A stretch of DNA of 64,000 nucleotides from Desulfatiglandales bacterium (lineage in GTDB: Bacteria; Desulfobacterota; DSM-4660; Desulfatiglandales; HGW-15): contig CAXXJJ010000004.1 in the NCBI GenBank assembly GCA_963667015.2, positions 4,064,001 through 4,128,000 of the forward strand, read 5' to 3'. The position numbers and the translations under genes were made by a program. Below are positions 33,286 through 44,566 of the stretch, in pieces. The number at the start of each line of letters is the position of its first letter. The stretch's first letter is position 1. The notes beneath the pieces are model-generated. The model was not told the DNA's origin and did no database searches. It saw nothing but the letters and a program-made list of their open reading frames with translations.

Positions 33286-33614
33286 TAATTATAGAGGCGT
33301 TCCTTCCCTACTCTCTCAATCATTGATAATCAAAATTATCTCTAATTGGCATATGTCTTGCTAAATATATCTGCTATGTAGATAGATTTATCTATTTCCC
33401 CACAAATATTGCAATAAATCATTTGAGATTCCGATAACGTCAAAATATTGGGTGTTTTCTTTATTAAAAATCGCCATATTTTTGACTTAAATGCGGTTCT
33501 ATTGAAAATTATGTGGTTTGTGAAAGTTCAAATAATAAGCAATTTAACATTAAGGATTCAGAGTATATAAATAGAGTAGTTTTTCCATAGTTAAGTAATG
33601 AAGGTAAAAAAATT

Positions 33615-36542
33615 ATGAATTCGCTTTTTCCGGTTGGGGTATCGTCATTATTTGTTGTGGCAGTTGTTATTTTTTCCTATTTTTTTTACTACAGGAGCAC
33701 TAAAAAAAAGTTTTTTGCAATATGGACAGTTGCATGGAGCCTCTATGTCTTAAGGTTAATATGTTTGCTTCTGCCATTTATTATTCCAATAGATACGAAT
33801 AATTCTTTTCTCTCTTTATCTAATCGGCTTATGAACATAATAAGCAGCACCCTGATCCTTTATGGTTTTTATTCTCTTTATAATAAAAAATTTTCCAATA
33901 TATGGTTTATTTTTTGTGGAATAATATCCTTCTATTTAATTCTCATAACAGTATTTGACGCCTTAAATTCCTGGATATTTCTTAGCCTTCCTGTTTCGGT
34001 GTTTACCGGATGGGTTCATATCTGGAATGGGATTTTTTATTTTTCAAATAAAAATATAAAAACAAAATCTACTTTTTTCATAAGTACGTTATTTCTTCTG
34101 TGGGGAATACATACAATACACTATTCGATCGATTTATTTTTCATGCCTTCATTTATGCCATGGTTCTATGTAATAGACGTTACTTTAGTGGTGATTATTT
34201 TAGTCGGAATACTATTTGAATATTTTAATGATATTCAAAACAGATTAAATGCCAGTGAGGAAAATTACAATTTAATATTGGATAATTCAGAAGAAGCAAT
34301 AGTTATTGCAAGGGATGGAATAATTATCTCATTCAATACAAGGGCTGAAGATGTCAGCGGTTATAAAAAGAATGAGTTATTAATGAAGACATTCGATGAT
34401 TTGCTTTACCATGAAGACCGGTATGAAGCCATAGAACGACACCTTAAGCGTCAACAGGGAGGAGAAATATCTAAATTTAACACTTTTCGAATTATCACCA
34501 GATCAGGAGAAATAAAGTGGCTTGAAAGTAATGCAACAGTTTTCTCGATGAATGGGAAAAAGGCAACACTTAATTTCCTGCGCGATATCACTGATAAAAA
34601 GAAAGCAGAAGAAGATCTGTATGAGAGCAAACGGCGCCTTTTCACACTCATGAGTAATCTTCCGGGAATGGCCTATCGATGCAAAAATAACCATGATCGA
34701 ACAATGGAGTTTGTAAGTGATGGCTTCCTGGAATTGACAGGATATAGTCCTGAAGAAATAATTAATAATTGTAAGTTATCCTATGCAAATATAATTCATT
34801 CGGAAGATCGGGAGAGGGTTTGGAACCATATACAATCTGCTTTAAGTGAGGGTAAATCATTTGAGCTTATCTATAGAATTATTTGTGCAACAGGAAAGGA
34901 GAAATGGGTTTGGGAAAAAGGCCAGATAGTTATGGATAATGATAATATCATTGCCCTTGAAGGCTTTATCAGTGACATTACAAAACTGAAAGATACAGAA
35001 ACTGCATTAATGCAGTCCCTTATTAAGTTTGAAAAGACTTTCCAGGCAAATCCTGTCTGGATCACATTAAGCACTCTTGATGAAGGGCGTTACATTGAAG
35101 CTAACGAGTCTTTTTTAAAGGAAATTGGATACAGGCAGGAAGAGGTTATTGACAAGGCCTGGCAGGAGCTTGACACATGGGTAGATCCCGAACAAAGAGC
35201 AAACATAATATCACGGCTAAAAGAAAATGGCAGGATTTTAAACCAGGAGGTAAAGCGAAAAAATAAGAAAGGAGATATAATTAATACACTCTTTTCCGCA
35301 GAAACATTGGTCCTGGAAGACAATGAGCTTATGGTTTCCGTGTCCCAGAATATCACTGCATTAAAAAAAGTTCAGAAAGATCGTGATTCTTTGAATGAAC
35401 AGTTACGTCATTCGCAAAAAATGGAATCAATCGGACGTTTGGCAGGAGGCGTAGCGCATGACTATAATAACATGCTGACAGTTATTATAATAAATGCAGA
35501 ATTATTGTTAAATAAGATGAAACCAGGCTCGCCCTACTATAAAAATATAGATGAAATACTCAATGCAGCAGAGCGTTCAGCGAACATCACAAAACAACTT
35601 TTGGTATTTGCCAGAAAAGAAGCTATTAGTCCGGAAGTGTTGAATATCAATTTAACACTGGATGGCATGTTAAAAATGCTGAAACGTTTAATAGGAGAAG
35701 ATATTGAGTTGATATGGAATCCGGGAACAAATCTCTGGCCAGTAAAGATGGACCAGTCTCAGATTGATCAAATTTTAGTAAACCTCAGCGTAAACTCAAG
35801 GGATGCCATTGATTCTCTTGGGAAAATCACAATTGAAACAGAGAATGTCACTATAGATAAATTGTTAAGCGAAAAAACAACAGGATTAAAACCAGGAGAA
35901 TATGTATTACTGACATTCAGTGATAATGGAAAAGGAATGGATACAGAAGTACAGAAAAATATCTTTGAACCCTTTTTCACGACTAAAGATATTGGAAAGG
36001 GCACTGGTCTCGGCCTTTCAACAGTATATGGAATTGTAAAACAGAATAATGGTTTTATCGATGTAATCAGCAATCCTGATGAAGGCACTGCATTTAAGAT
36101 ATATATTCCGCGCCATGAGATTAACAGTGAGAAAACCTATATAGAACCTGATAATAAAGGAATAGAATCTGATGGGGAAACCATTCTTGTGGTTGAGGAC
36201 GATGTCTCGGTTAAATCAGCAACTGAAAAAATACTTAGCGGATTAGGTTATAATGTTCTTTCTACCGAAAACCCGAAAGAAGCGCTTGATATAGTTGAGC
36301 AGAATTCAGATAGCATTCATCTTCTTTTATCAGATGTTATAATGCCCGAGATGAGTGGAAGGGATATGGCTAAAAAGATTACCGGCATGTTCCCTAATAT
36401 TAAAGTTCTTTTCATGTCCGGCTATACTTCCGATTCTATAATAAAAGAAGGACTAGTGTACCAGGGCGTCAACTATATAGAAAAACCTTTTACTACTGAA
36501 AAACTGGGCCTGAAAGTAAGAGAAGTGTTAAATGAAAAATAG
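33615..36542 (+). CDS. Hybrid sensor histidine kinase/response regulator (membrane domain plus three PAS)
   Basis: QKMESIGRLAGGVAHDYNN, N/G boxes, FEPFFTTK and a C-terminal receiver (DVIMP, KPF). Confidence 0.93.
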   Translation: MNSLFPVGVSSLFVVAVVIFSYFFYYRSTKKKFFAIWTVAWSLYVLRLICLLLPFIIPIDTNNSFLSLSNRLMNIISSTLILYGFYSLYNKKFSNIWFIFCGIISFYLILITVFDALNSWIFLSLPVSVFTGWVHIWNGIFYFSNKNIKTKSTFFISTLFLLWGIHTIHYSIDLFFMPSFMPWFYVIDVTLVVIILVGILFEYFNDIQNRLNASEENYNLILDNSEEAIVIARDGIIISFNTRAEDVSGYKKNELLMKTFDDLLYHEDRYEAIERHLKRQQGGEISKFNTFRIITRSGEIKWLESNATVFSMNGKKATLNFLRDITDKKKAEEDLYESKRRLFTLMSNLPGMAYRCKNNHDRTMEFVSDGFLELTGYSPEEIINNCKLSYANIIHSEDRERVWNHIQSALSEGKSFELIYRIICATGKEKWVWEKGQIVMDNDNIIALEGFISDITKLKDTETALMQSLIKFEKTFQANPVWITLSTLDEGRYIEANESFLKEIGYRQEEVIDKAWQELDTWVDPEQRANIISRLKENGRILNQEVKRKNKKGDIINTLFSAETLVLEDNELMVSVSQNITALKKVQKDRDSLNEQLRHSQKMESIGRLAGGVAHDYNNMLTVIIINAELLLNKMKPGSPYYKNIDEILNAAERSANITKQLLVFARKEAISPEVLNINLTLDGMLKMLKRLIGEDIELIWNPGTNLWPVKMDQSQIDQILVNLSVNSRDAIDSLGKITIETENVTIDKLLSEKTTGLKPGEYVLLTFSDNGKGMDTEVQKNIFEPFFTTKDIGKGTGLGLSTVYGIVKQNNGFIDVISNPDEGTAFKIYIPRHEINSEKTYIEPDNKGIESDGETILVVEDDVSVKSATEKILSGLGYNVLSTENPKEALDIVEQNSDSIHLLLSDVIMPEMSGRDMAKKITGMFPNIKVLFMSGYTSDSIIKEGLVYQGVNYIEKPFTTEKLGLKVREVLNEK

Positions 36543-36601
36543 ACTGTTAATTTATCTGGAATGTTCTTAATGAAAATCAGGTTTACAATACCGTTTCGTT
36601 A

Positions 36602-37186
36602 TCAGACTACAGAATATCCTGCTTCCCCGTTTTCAAAAAACATATTAAAATCCCACTCCTTTCCAATAAGCCAGCTGTACTGTGAAACTGCCGCTTCAGG
36701 ATCAGATTTATAAGCCTCATGAAATGGTATTGCTGCTTCTGCAGCAGCCAAAAGAGATGAAGTCCCGGAGCAGGCATTATAAGTGTTTCTAAATTGATCA
36801 TCTTTCTGTAATGCATCCGCTATTGCGTTGTTGCTTTCTTCAGAGCTTCCGGTAACTCTAACAGAACCATGTTCATCTATATCTATCTTTATTTTTCCGC
36901 AGTTTTGTAAATTTAAACCGTTGATAATATCCCTTATTATACCTTGGGCCTCATCCATTTTTTTGTCGCGAAAGGCCCGCATCTCATCCAGGGTTATGAC
37001 CCCATCCTCTCCGGCTCCATCCATAAAACCTGAAAGCGAAAGTAACCTGGCCTTTTGTGCATTATCCGATATGGAAACCTGATCCCTACTGTTTTTATTT
37101 GCTGATATTTCTGTTGGGGCAGTATTGGATGATTGTGTTTTGTAAAATGTTGAAGTTGCAGCGCTGCCTATAGACTTAATATCCAT
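36602..37186 (-). CDS. Hypothetical protein with a Ser/Thr-rich N-terminus and DQVSIS motif
   Basis: 194-aa ORF with SD AAGGGAG. Confidence 0.7.
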   Translation of the reverse strand: MDIKSIGSAATSTFYKTQSSNTAPTEISANKNSRDQVSISDNAQKARLLSLSGFMDGAGEDGVITLDEMRAFRDKKMDEAQGIIRDIINGLNLQNCGKIKIDIDEHGSVRVTGSSEESNNAIADALQKDDQFRNTYNACSGTSSLLAAAEAAIPFHEAYKSDPEAAVSQYSWLIGKEWDFNMFFENGEAGYSVV

Positions 37187-37262
37187 ATCATATCTCCCTT
37201 AACTGATAAATGTTCATGATTTTATATGTAAGAAGTGATTCTTTATGCTGATATATTCGGAT

Positions 37263-37279
37263 AGCAATATTTATGCCTG
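37263..37279 (-). promoter_or_regulatory. Putative sigma54 promoter
   Basis: Minus strand CAGGCATAAATATTGCT, GG-N10-GC. Confidence 0.55.
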
Positions 37280-37686
37280 AAACTCGCTGAATTAAAATTG
37301 TAGTAATATCAATGTGTAAGGGAATCCTGGAATGATGAAGAGTTCCCTGTATGGGAAAATCTTTCCCCTTTTATTTTAAATCAGGATATCAATGTTGACA
37401 CGATTATCTCTGTAAACTACAATTTTTTATCGGAGCCGAGCTCACTGCAGGGGCCCAGTGAGCCTGCACATTAAATACATGATCGCCCCTATATACACTC
37501 TTCTTCAGACCAACTAGCATGTAAAAAAATTTTATATGATAAAATAAACGAATACTTATTGCGAAGTATAAGATTTGATATCTCGTTGTTTAGGGCGGGG
37601 CAGTTCAATTATTAACCTTCAGTCTAAATAATTATTTTGAAAAGAAAAGTCTGATTTGAAATTTCTTAAAACAGGAGGAAAAAATT

Positions 37687-38661
37687 ATGATCAGGACATT
37701 CAGGAACTTATTTTTACCGGTATTACTCATAACTGTTTTGGTGGCCTCCGGGTGCGCCTGCAGAAAGGATTTTAAAAAATCATACATGCTGAAAGGTGCA
37801 ATCATAGGAATAATTCCAGGTGCCGTAATAGGGGGTGAAACCAGCGATGATGATGATTCAGATGAAATAGCCGCAGGCATCATAGGGGGAGCGATCATAG
37901 GCGGTTTAATAGGCTCATTTTTTGATAAATGCGAGCCCGAAGCGGTACAGGTTGCCCAGGCGCCTGTTGATGAAGACTCTGACGGGGATGGTGTTGTTGA
38001 CAGGCTGGACCAGTGCCCGGACACTCCAAGGGGTGTTCCGACCGACTACAAAGGTTGTCCCAAGGACTCCGATGGTGACGGCGTTTATGACAATATGGAC
38101 AAGTGCCCAAATACACCTCAGGGCGTAAAGGTCGATTCCGCCGGCTGTCCCTCTGATTCAGATAGCGACGGCGTTTATGATTACCAGGATAAATGCCCGG
38201 GAACACCTGCCGGCGTTAAAGTTGATTACAAAGGCTGCCCGGTTGATACGGATAAAGACGGAGTGGCTGATTATCAGGATGAATGCCCGGGAACACCCCT
38301 GGGAGCAAAGGCAGACAGCAGAGGCTGCTGGGTACTTAAGGGCGTTTATTTTGATACCGGGAAATCCAATATAAAACCGGAATCCTATCCTGTTCTTGAC
38401 GAGGTTGTTGATGTCCTGAAAAAGAACCCTGATCTCAAAATTGAGGTTCAGGGCCACACGGATAGTGTCGGTACTGCATCATCAAACCAGGTTTTATCAG
38501 AAAAAAGGGCAAAATCAGTAATGGAGTATTTTAATAAAAATGGAGCAAAAAGCAGCCAGCTTTCATACAAAGGATATGGCGAAGATGTCCCTATTGATAC
38601 CAATGATACACCTGAAGGCAGATCAAAGAATAGAAGGGTTGAATTAAAACCGGTTATATAA
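37687..38661 (+). CDS. OmpA-family lipoprotein with a glycine zipper and four thrombospondin-type-3-like repeats
   Basis: Four 30-aa DSDGDGV.D..D.CP.TP.G..VD..GCP repeats; GHTDS, LSEKRA and NRRVE. Confidence 0.92.
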   Translation: MIRTFRNLFLPVLLITVLVASGCACRKDFKKSYMLKGAIIGIIPGAVIGGETSDDDDSDEIAAGIIGGAIIGGLIGSFFDKCEPEAVQVAQAPVDEDSDGDGVVDRLDQCPDTPRGVPTDYKGCPKDSDGDGVYDNMDKCPNTPQGVKVDSAGCPSDSDSDGVYDYQDKCPGTPAGVKVDYKGCPVDTDKDGVADYQDECPGTPLGAKADSRGCWVLKGVYFDTGKSNIKPESYPVLDEVVDVLKKNPDLKIEVQGHTDSVGTASSNQVLSEKRAKSVMEYFNKNGAKSSQLSYKGYGEDVPIDTNDTPEGRSKNRRVELKPVI

Positions 38662-38675
38662 TTTACCAGCCAAAC

Positions 38676-38700
38676 GCCCACCGGCATAGAGCCGGTGGGC
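38676..38700 (+). terminator. GC hairpin after the OmpA-family gene
   Basis: GCCCACCGGC-ATAGA-GCCGGTGGGC; no strong U tract. Confidence 0.45.
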
Positions 38701-38866
38701 CCGATAACCAGCTGAAACCAACTGGAGAACTTGCCATTTTACTACGCAAAAATAATTATGGGAAGTCTGACGGCCTGTTATCTTTTAGCAGATCACTGCT
38801 TCGCCATAAGGCAGGGGAAATTGTCCTCTAGCGAGTCGCTGAAAATATTTAAAACGGAGGATTAAA

Positions 38867-41779
38867 ATGCCCTGGCTGTTACCTTCTGTGATAGCAACTC
38901 TGACAGGAACATCCGTTCTGGTATTTATATATCTCTACCTTTTCGTTAAGGATAGAAAAGATTACCTTGGGATATGGAGTGTGAGCTGGTCTTTATATTT
39001 TATAAGATATGTATTCACGCTGTGGATAATTATTGACCGGGAAACACCAATTTTATTAATTGCTAATCAACTGGCATCTTTCCTCAGCGGTGTATTTCTT
39101 CTGTGGGGAACATATCGTTTTATTGGAATCAGATTCCCCCGGATATTTATTTACGGTATATGTGTCGGTATATTCTGGGTCATAATCAGTGTTTCAGTTA
39201 AACTGTCTTTTCTCATGATGACCCTGCCTACCTTTGCTTTCCTTGCAATTGTTTATATCTGGACAGGATTTACATTTATTCGCTCAAATATAACTGACGG
39301 TATGGAAAAAAACATCACAGGCTGGACCTTTATTATATGGGGGCTCCACAAGGCGGATTATCCGTTCGTAAGGCCAATAACCTGGATGGCACCATGGGGA
39401 TACCTTTTTGGAACCCTGCTTGAATTTATGATAGCAATGGGAATATTACTGGTTTATTACCAAAAAATACGAGAGGATCTAAGAGCTGAACGTTATTATT
39501 TAAAAAAAGCTCAGGAGATTGGACAGATAGGAACCTGGGATCTGGATCTTATCAATAATATTCTTCTCTGGACAGATGAGAACTGCAGGATTTTTGAAGT
39601 CCCTGAAGGCAGTGTTGCTGATTATGAGATATTTATTGACAAGGTACATCCTGACGATCGGGAGTATGTTGAACGTGAATGGAAGAAAGCCTTTAATGGA
39701 AAACCCTATGATATAGAACATCGCCTGTTGATCGATGGCAAGGTAAAATGGGTAAGAGAAAAGGGTGATGTAGAATTCAATAAAGAAGGTTTTGGCATTA
39801 AAGCGATAGGTGTGACTCAGGATATTACAGAACGTAAAAAATTTGAGGAAACATTAAAAACAGAACATGATTTTGTTAATAACCTTATGTATACGAGCCC
39901 TGCCGGAATAACCCGCGTTAATGCAGATGGAGAGCTTGTATATGCAAACAGGCGTGCAGAGGAGATTCTCTCCATCAGTTTGTCTGAATCTACTAAAAGA
40001 ACATATGATGACCCCAAATGGATTATCACGGACCTGGAAGGTAATCCCTTCCCCGGGGAAAAACTTCCATTCGATATTGTCAGGAAAACACTTGAACCTG
40101 TTTTCGATGTACAGCACGCAATAAAATGGCCGGATGGTAAAAAAGTTATATTATCTATTAACGCCTCTCCACTGTTTAAAGCGGATGGTGAATTTGGTGG
40201 AATGGTTGCAAGTATTGAAGATATTACAGGAAGATATATAGCAGAACAGAAATATCAGATGCTGTTTCTGAAAATGATAGATGGTTTTGCCCTCCATGAA
40301 ATAATCTGTAACGAAGAAGGTGTTCCCGTTGATTATCGGTTTCTCGATGTAAATCCCGCCTTTGAACGAATGACCGGACTAAAATCGGAAGACATTACAG
40401 GCAGGACTGTTCTTGAAATAATGCCGAACACGGAATCCCACTGGATTGAAAATTATGGCCAGGTAGCGTTGACCGGAAGACCAATGGAGTTTGAGGAATA
40501 TTCCAAGGAAGTAGATAGATATTTTTATGTAACCGCCTTTAGACCGGCGCCCTTACAGTTTGCCTGTATTTTTATAGACGTGACAGATCGTAAAATAGCG
40601 GCTGAAGAAAAATTACGGCTTGAATCCCAGCTTCAACAGGCGCAGAAAATGGAGGGTATCGGGACGCTTGCAGGTGGAATAGCACATGATTTCAATAATA
40701 TCCTCTCTCCGATAATGTTACATTGTGAAATGGTCATGGATGACCTGTCAGAGGATAACCCCATAAGACATGATATAGAACAGATCTTTAAAGCAAGTAC
40801 GCGCGCCCGGGATCTGGTAAAGCAGATTTTAACTTTTGCACGAAAAAGACCCGAAGAAAAAATTGTATTGAAATCATCTCCCATAATACAGGAGGCTGTA
40901 AAGTTTTTACGATCAACAATACCTACCACTATTGATATAAAACTTGATATTAAAGCCGGACATGATGTCATTCTGGCAGATCCGACACAGATAAATCAAA
41001 TAGTAATGAACCTTTGTACAAACGCTGCACATGTCATGAATGAAAAAGGAGGATTGCTGGAGGTAATTCTCGACAACGAAGAGGGTTCTACTGAAAAAGT
41101 AAGAATGAATCCAAACCTGAAAAACAGAGAATATCTAAAGTTGTCTGTAGTAGATAATGGAACAGGTATACCGCCCGATGATATAAAAAGAATTTTTGAA
41201 CCGTATTTTACAACTAAAGAAATTGGAGAAGGAACCGGTCTGGGGCTGGCAACTGTTCATGGTATTGTCAAGAATTATGGCGGGGATATTATTGTGGAGA
41301 GTGAAGTTGGCAAGGGCACAGCTTTTCATGTGTATATTCCTTTAATTGATGAAATGGTAACTGAACATGTAGTGTCTGAAGAAGAGCTGCCGACCGGCAC
41401 GGAGAGAATCCTTTTTGTGGATGATGAAGAGACAATTGTAAAGTTGATAGAGCGAATGCTTAAGAGATTAGGATATGAAGTAACAGCTAACACAAATAGT
41501 GTTGAAGCCTTTCAATTGTGTAGAGAAAATCCGGATGCCTATGACCTTGTAATAACTGATATGACAATGCCAAAGCTGACAGGAAAGGATCTCGCCATAA
41601 AAGTAAAAGAACTGCGGCCGGATTTGCCGGTGATACTCTGCACCGGTTTCAGCGATAAAATAGATAAGAATAAAGCCAGAGAACTGGGTATTGCCGCCTT
41701 TATAATGAAACCGGTCCAGAGACATGAGATTGCATACACCATACGGAACGTGTTGGATAAAAATAGCAGTATCGTGTAA
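38867..41779 (+). CDS. Hybrid sensor histidine kinase/response regulator (membrane domain plus three PAS)
   Basis: [33 protein letters not shown] and a receiver (DMTMP, KP). Confidence 0.93.
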   Translation: MPWLLPSVIATLTGTSVLVFIYLYLFVKDRKDYLGIWSVSWSLYFIRYVFTLWIIIDRETPILLIANQLASFLSGVFLLWGTYRFIGIRFPRIFIYGICVGIFWVIISVSVKLSFLMMTLPTFAFLAIVYIWTGFTFIRSNITDGMEKNITGWTFIIWGLHKADYPFVRPITWMAPWGYLFGTLLEFMIAMGILLVYYQKIREDLRAERYYLKKAQEIGQIGTWDLDLINNILLWTDENCRIFEVPEGSVADYEIFIDKVHPDDREYVEREWKKAFNGKPYDIEHRLLIDGKVKWVREKGDVEFNKEGFGIKAIGVTQDITERKKFEETLKTEHDFVNNLMYTSPAGITRVNADGELVYANRRAEEILSISLSESTKRTYDDPKWIITDLEGNPFPGEKLPFDIVRKTLEPVFDVQHAIKWPDGKKVILSINASPLFKADGEFGGMVASIEDITGRYIAEQKYQMLFLKMIDGFALHEIICNEEGVPVDYRFLDVNPAFERMTGLKSEDITGRTVLEIMPNTESHWIENYGQVALTGRPMEFEEYSKEVDRYFYVTAFRPAPLQFACIFIDVTDRKIAAEEKLRLESQLQQAQKMEGIGTLAGGIAHDFNNILSPIMLHCEMVMDDLSEDNPIRHDIEQIFKASTRARDLVKQILTFARKRPEEKIVLKSSPIIQEAVKFLRSTIPTTIDIKLDIKAGHDVILADPTQINQIVMNLCTNAAHVMNEKGGLLEVILDNEEGSTEKVRMNPNLKNREYLKLSVVDNGTGIPPDDIKRIFEPYFTTKEIGEGTGLGLATVHGIVKNYGGDIIVESEVGKGTAFHVYIPLIDEMVTEHVVSEEELPTGTERILFVDDEETIVKLIERMLKRLGYEVTANTNSVEAFQLCRENPDAYDLVITDMTMPKLTGKDLAIKVKELRPDLPVILCTGFSDKIDKNKARELGIAAFIMKPVQRHEIAYTIRNVLDKNSSIV

Positions 41780-42059
41780 GCGAGATCGTTGACCTGATTC
41801 TTCAACCAGAAAAATTTTACTTGACACAAGACTACACATGTAAGTATTGTGCTCTGAGTATAAAAGATGTTCCGCGTATATCCGGCAATAAATTGAAGTC
41901 TTGTCAGCTAAACTCAAACAACCACTGGATTAACCAATCAGGGAGGATGCATGAAAAGGCCTTTGGAAAGGATCGTGTCGTATTCCTCTCGCGTAAATTG
42001 AGTTTTCCCTCTCCGGTCCCTCTGTAACTGAAGATATGGAAGCGAAGAGGATTTAATAC

Positions 42060-42162
42060 CAATGCTGTTGAATTAAGCTCTCTATTGACTCCTCTCTTTC
42101 CTCCTCCCTCCCATATGGAGAGAAGAGTTCTTCAGCAGGAGAGTTTTAAGTCAACAGCATTG
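42060..42162. mobile_element. MITE-like 103-bp element with terminal inverted repeats
   Basis: CAATGCTGTTGAATTAAGCTCTC ... GAGAGTTTTAAGTCAACAGCATTG; no ORF and no visible target duplication. Confidence 0.55.
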
Positions 42163-42253
42163 GGAAAAAACACCCGCATTTTAGTGGTATCAAAATGAAG
42201 AGGCGACTTATTTTTTTTAACCTGGGCGGCACATATTCCCGGGGTCAAAAGAT

Positions 42254-44041
42254 ATGAAACAATATGCATTTATTCTTGCGGTTGTTATAACCGGAGCCGG
42301 TTTATACGGATGTAGTTCCAGAGACACGGCACCTAATGAACTGGTTGCAGAAGAAAAAAACCGGTCGGGTTTGGCAGCCAGTATCAGGAAAGGCGATTAC
42401 TATGCCAAAGCCGGTGAAAAGGAAAAGGTCTGTTCCCAATGGAAACGTGACTGCGAACAGGGAAGAAGCTGTTACGAATACGTATTATCATGCCTGGATG
42501 ACAGAAGTATGGATGCAGGGGAATTCATAGATCAGGACCTGCTGGCCAAAATTGTAGTGAAGGACGTGAACCCTGATGTCAGAGCCGCTGCCGCCAGGAG
42601 CCTTGCCGATCAGACTCTGCTTGCCACGATCGCAGTGAAAGACAAAGATGAGTATGTCCGCAGTATTGCAGTAGAAAACCTCGAAGATCAAACCCTGATT
42701 GCCAGAATAGCCACTGAGGACAGGCATGAGCTGGTCCGCCGTGCCGCAGTAAATACGCTTACCGATGAGGCCCTGCTTGCAAAGATCGCTTTGGAGGACA
42801 GTGATAACATTGTCCGATCCATTGCCGCGTCTAAGGTCACTGACCAGACAATGCTGGGAAGGATTGCCATAGAATCGGAAGACACCGGTATCCGTGAATC
42901 CGCGGTAAAAAAACTGACAAGTCAGTCCCTGCTTGCAAAGATAGCCGTGGAAGACGAGGATATAAAGATCCGAAGCATAGCCACAAACAAACTCGCTGAT
43001 TTTGCCAGGGCAAAATGGGCTAATAAATCCTCTGAAAAGTACAGGCTGGAAGATTTGTTATCTACGATTGAAGACTCGACCGAAGGCAGGGTTCCCTTAC
43101 TGGATGGAAGAGAAACTGTAGCAGTTAAAAAAGAGAGGCAGATTCAGACCGGACAAAAATCCACAGAAGTGAATGAAAAGAAGGCAACCAAAACAGATGT
43201 CTTCAGTAAAAATATGGGAAAGACCGAATCTGACTGTGGGAATGATTGTTTCCCGAATGATATTAAACCCACCGGTTTATCGAAGGGTGACAGGGCGGTA
43301 TTTCTGGATTTTGTGTATAAAGGTCAAAAATCAGGAATCTATTTTATCGCTAACAAAGAAGTCCATGAAAAGCTTGCTGCCCTGCCCCGCCTGCTGAGTT
43401 ATAAGAAAGAAAAGGAAGAGATCAAAAAAGATTTTATCCTTCCAAGGATTAACAACCCCCTTCAAAGAGAAAGGCTTTTACCCCTGGTGGAAAAAATAAA
43501 ATCACTAACCCCGGATGTTAATAAACAGGCTCGAATTGCAATCAGCCTGGTGCAGCATATCCCCTATGGTTTTCCAACCGGCAATGACTCCGAAATCAAT
43601 TACGAAAAAAAGTATCCCTATAGCGTTATCTGGGAACAGACAGGAATCTGCGATGAAAAGTCGGATCTGCTGCTTTTCCTGTTAAGGGAGCTGGGTTTTG
43701 GAACAGCCACATTAATCTACAAAAAAGAGTATCACCGCGCAGTAGGTATTAAATGCCCGAAGGCCTATGATACGGGTGATTCCGGATACTGCTATGTGGA
43801 GGTTACCTCGCCAAAAATCATAACCGATAATTCTCCCGACTACCTGGATGTAGGATCTTTAACCGATTTTAAGGTTATCCATATCTCGGAAGGAAGAGAG
43901 CTTGAGGGGGTAGAAGAGGAATTCACAGATAAAATTTTATATTATGATTTGCTCCTCAAGGCAAAGGCCAAAAACGGAACCATGGACGCGGATGAATATG
44001 CCCGTTACAGCTCTATCCTCAACAAATACGGCATGGAATAA
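42254..44041 (+). CDS. Lipoprotein with six 26-aa HEAT-like repeats and a transglutaminase-like domain
   Basis: Lipobox LYGC; repeats DQ.LLA.IA..D....VR..A...L at 42530-42997; GICDEKS, H.AVGI and YVEVT. Confidence 0.75.
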   Translation: MKQYAFILAVVITGAGLYGCSSRDTAPNELVAEEKNRSGLAASIRKGDYYAKAGEKEKVCSQWKRDCEQGRSCYEYVLSCLDDRSMDAGEFIDQDLLAKIVVKDVNPDVRAAAARSLADQTLLATIAVKDKDEYVRSIAVENLEDQTLIARIATEDRHELVRRAAVNTLTDEALLAKIALEDSDNIVRSIAASKVTDQTMLGRIAIESEDTGIRESAVKKLTSQSLLAKIAVEDEDIKIRSIATNKLADFARAKWANKSSEKYRLEDLLSTIEDSTEGRVPLLDGRETVAVKKERQIQTGQKSTEVNEKKATKTDVFSKNMGKTESDCGNDCFPNDIKPTGLSKGDRAVFLDFVYKGQKSGIYFIANKEVHEKLAALPRLLSYKKEKEEIKKDFILPRINNPLQRERLLPLVEKIKSLTPDVNKQARIAISLVQHIPYGFPTGNDSEINYEKKYPYSVIWEQTGICDEKSDLLLFLLRELGFGTATLIYKKEYHRAVGIKCPKAYDTGDSGYCYVEVTSPKIITDNSPDYLDVGSLTDFKVIHISEGRELEGVEEEFTDKILYYDLLLKAKAKNGTMDADEYARYSSILNKYGME

Positions 44042-44079
44042 TACCGGTTCATTGCATTAACCGGTCCTTATAAAGGATT

Positions 44080-44245
44080 TGTCATTTCGACCGACCGGAG
44101 AAATCTTTTTGTCCGGCTGATATCTGACTTCTGGCCTCTGATCTCAGATTTTTCTGGCTTCCCTGGCAAGCCACAAGCTTCAGCGCAGGCGGCTGCCTGT
44201 TTTATAACCCCGAACTATAAACGATGAACTATAAACCTCGCTTTT
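44080..44245. repeat. Cluster of REP-like and short tandem repeats
   Basis: GTCATTTCGACCGACCGGAGAAATCT; heptamers TCTGACT/TCTGGCC/TCTGATC; GAACTATAAAC twice. Confidence 0.45.
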
Positions 44246-44421
44246 AACACCTTGAATTTTTATGTAAAAAGGCTTAAACATGAACTATTCTATCTTTTCA
44301 GCTTCTAAGCTTGTCGAATGATTATTGTTTTATCTTAAATATTGAATCAAGTTTTTAGTCTTTGCTTACTCAAATAGCAGTATCAAAAATAAAATTGAGA
44401 ATGAATTGATCCCTAATTGGG

Positions 44422-44565
44422 AAAAATGGCTATATATACACATTTATTAAGCAGGCGAAAAATACAAAAATGGTTATATATAACTATAAAAAAATAGCTA
44501 CATATACCCATTTTTTTTAAAACTGTTTATATATAGCCATAAATGTCTATATATACCTATTTTTT
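44422..44565. repeat. Five imperfect palindromes centred on TATATATA
   Basis: Cores at 44431, 44475, 44499 (TACATATA), 44528 and 44548; rough consensus AATRGYTATATATASCYAT. Confidence 0.7.
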
Positions 44566-44566
44566 A

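Noticed and set aside
37975..38331. 90-bp tandem repeats as a DNA repeat element
   Set aside because: They are coding thrombospondin-type-3-like repeats of the OmpA-family protein.
44422..44565. CRISPR array or LexA boxes
   Set aside because: The repeats are degenerate, irregularly spaced (20-44 bp), lack unique spacers and do not fit CTGT-N8-ACAG.
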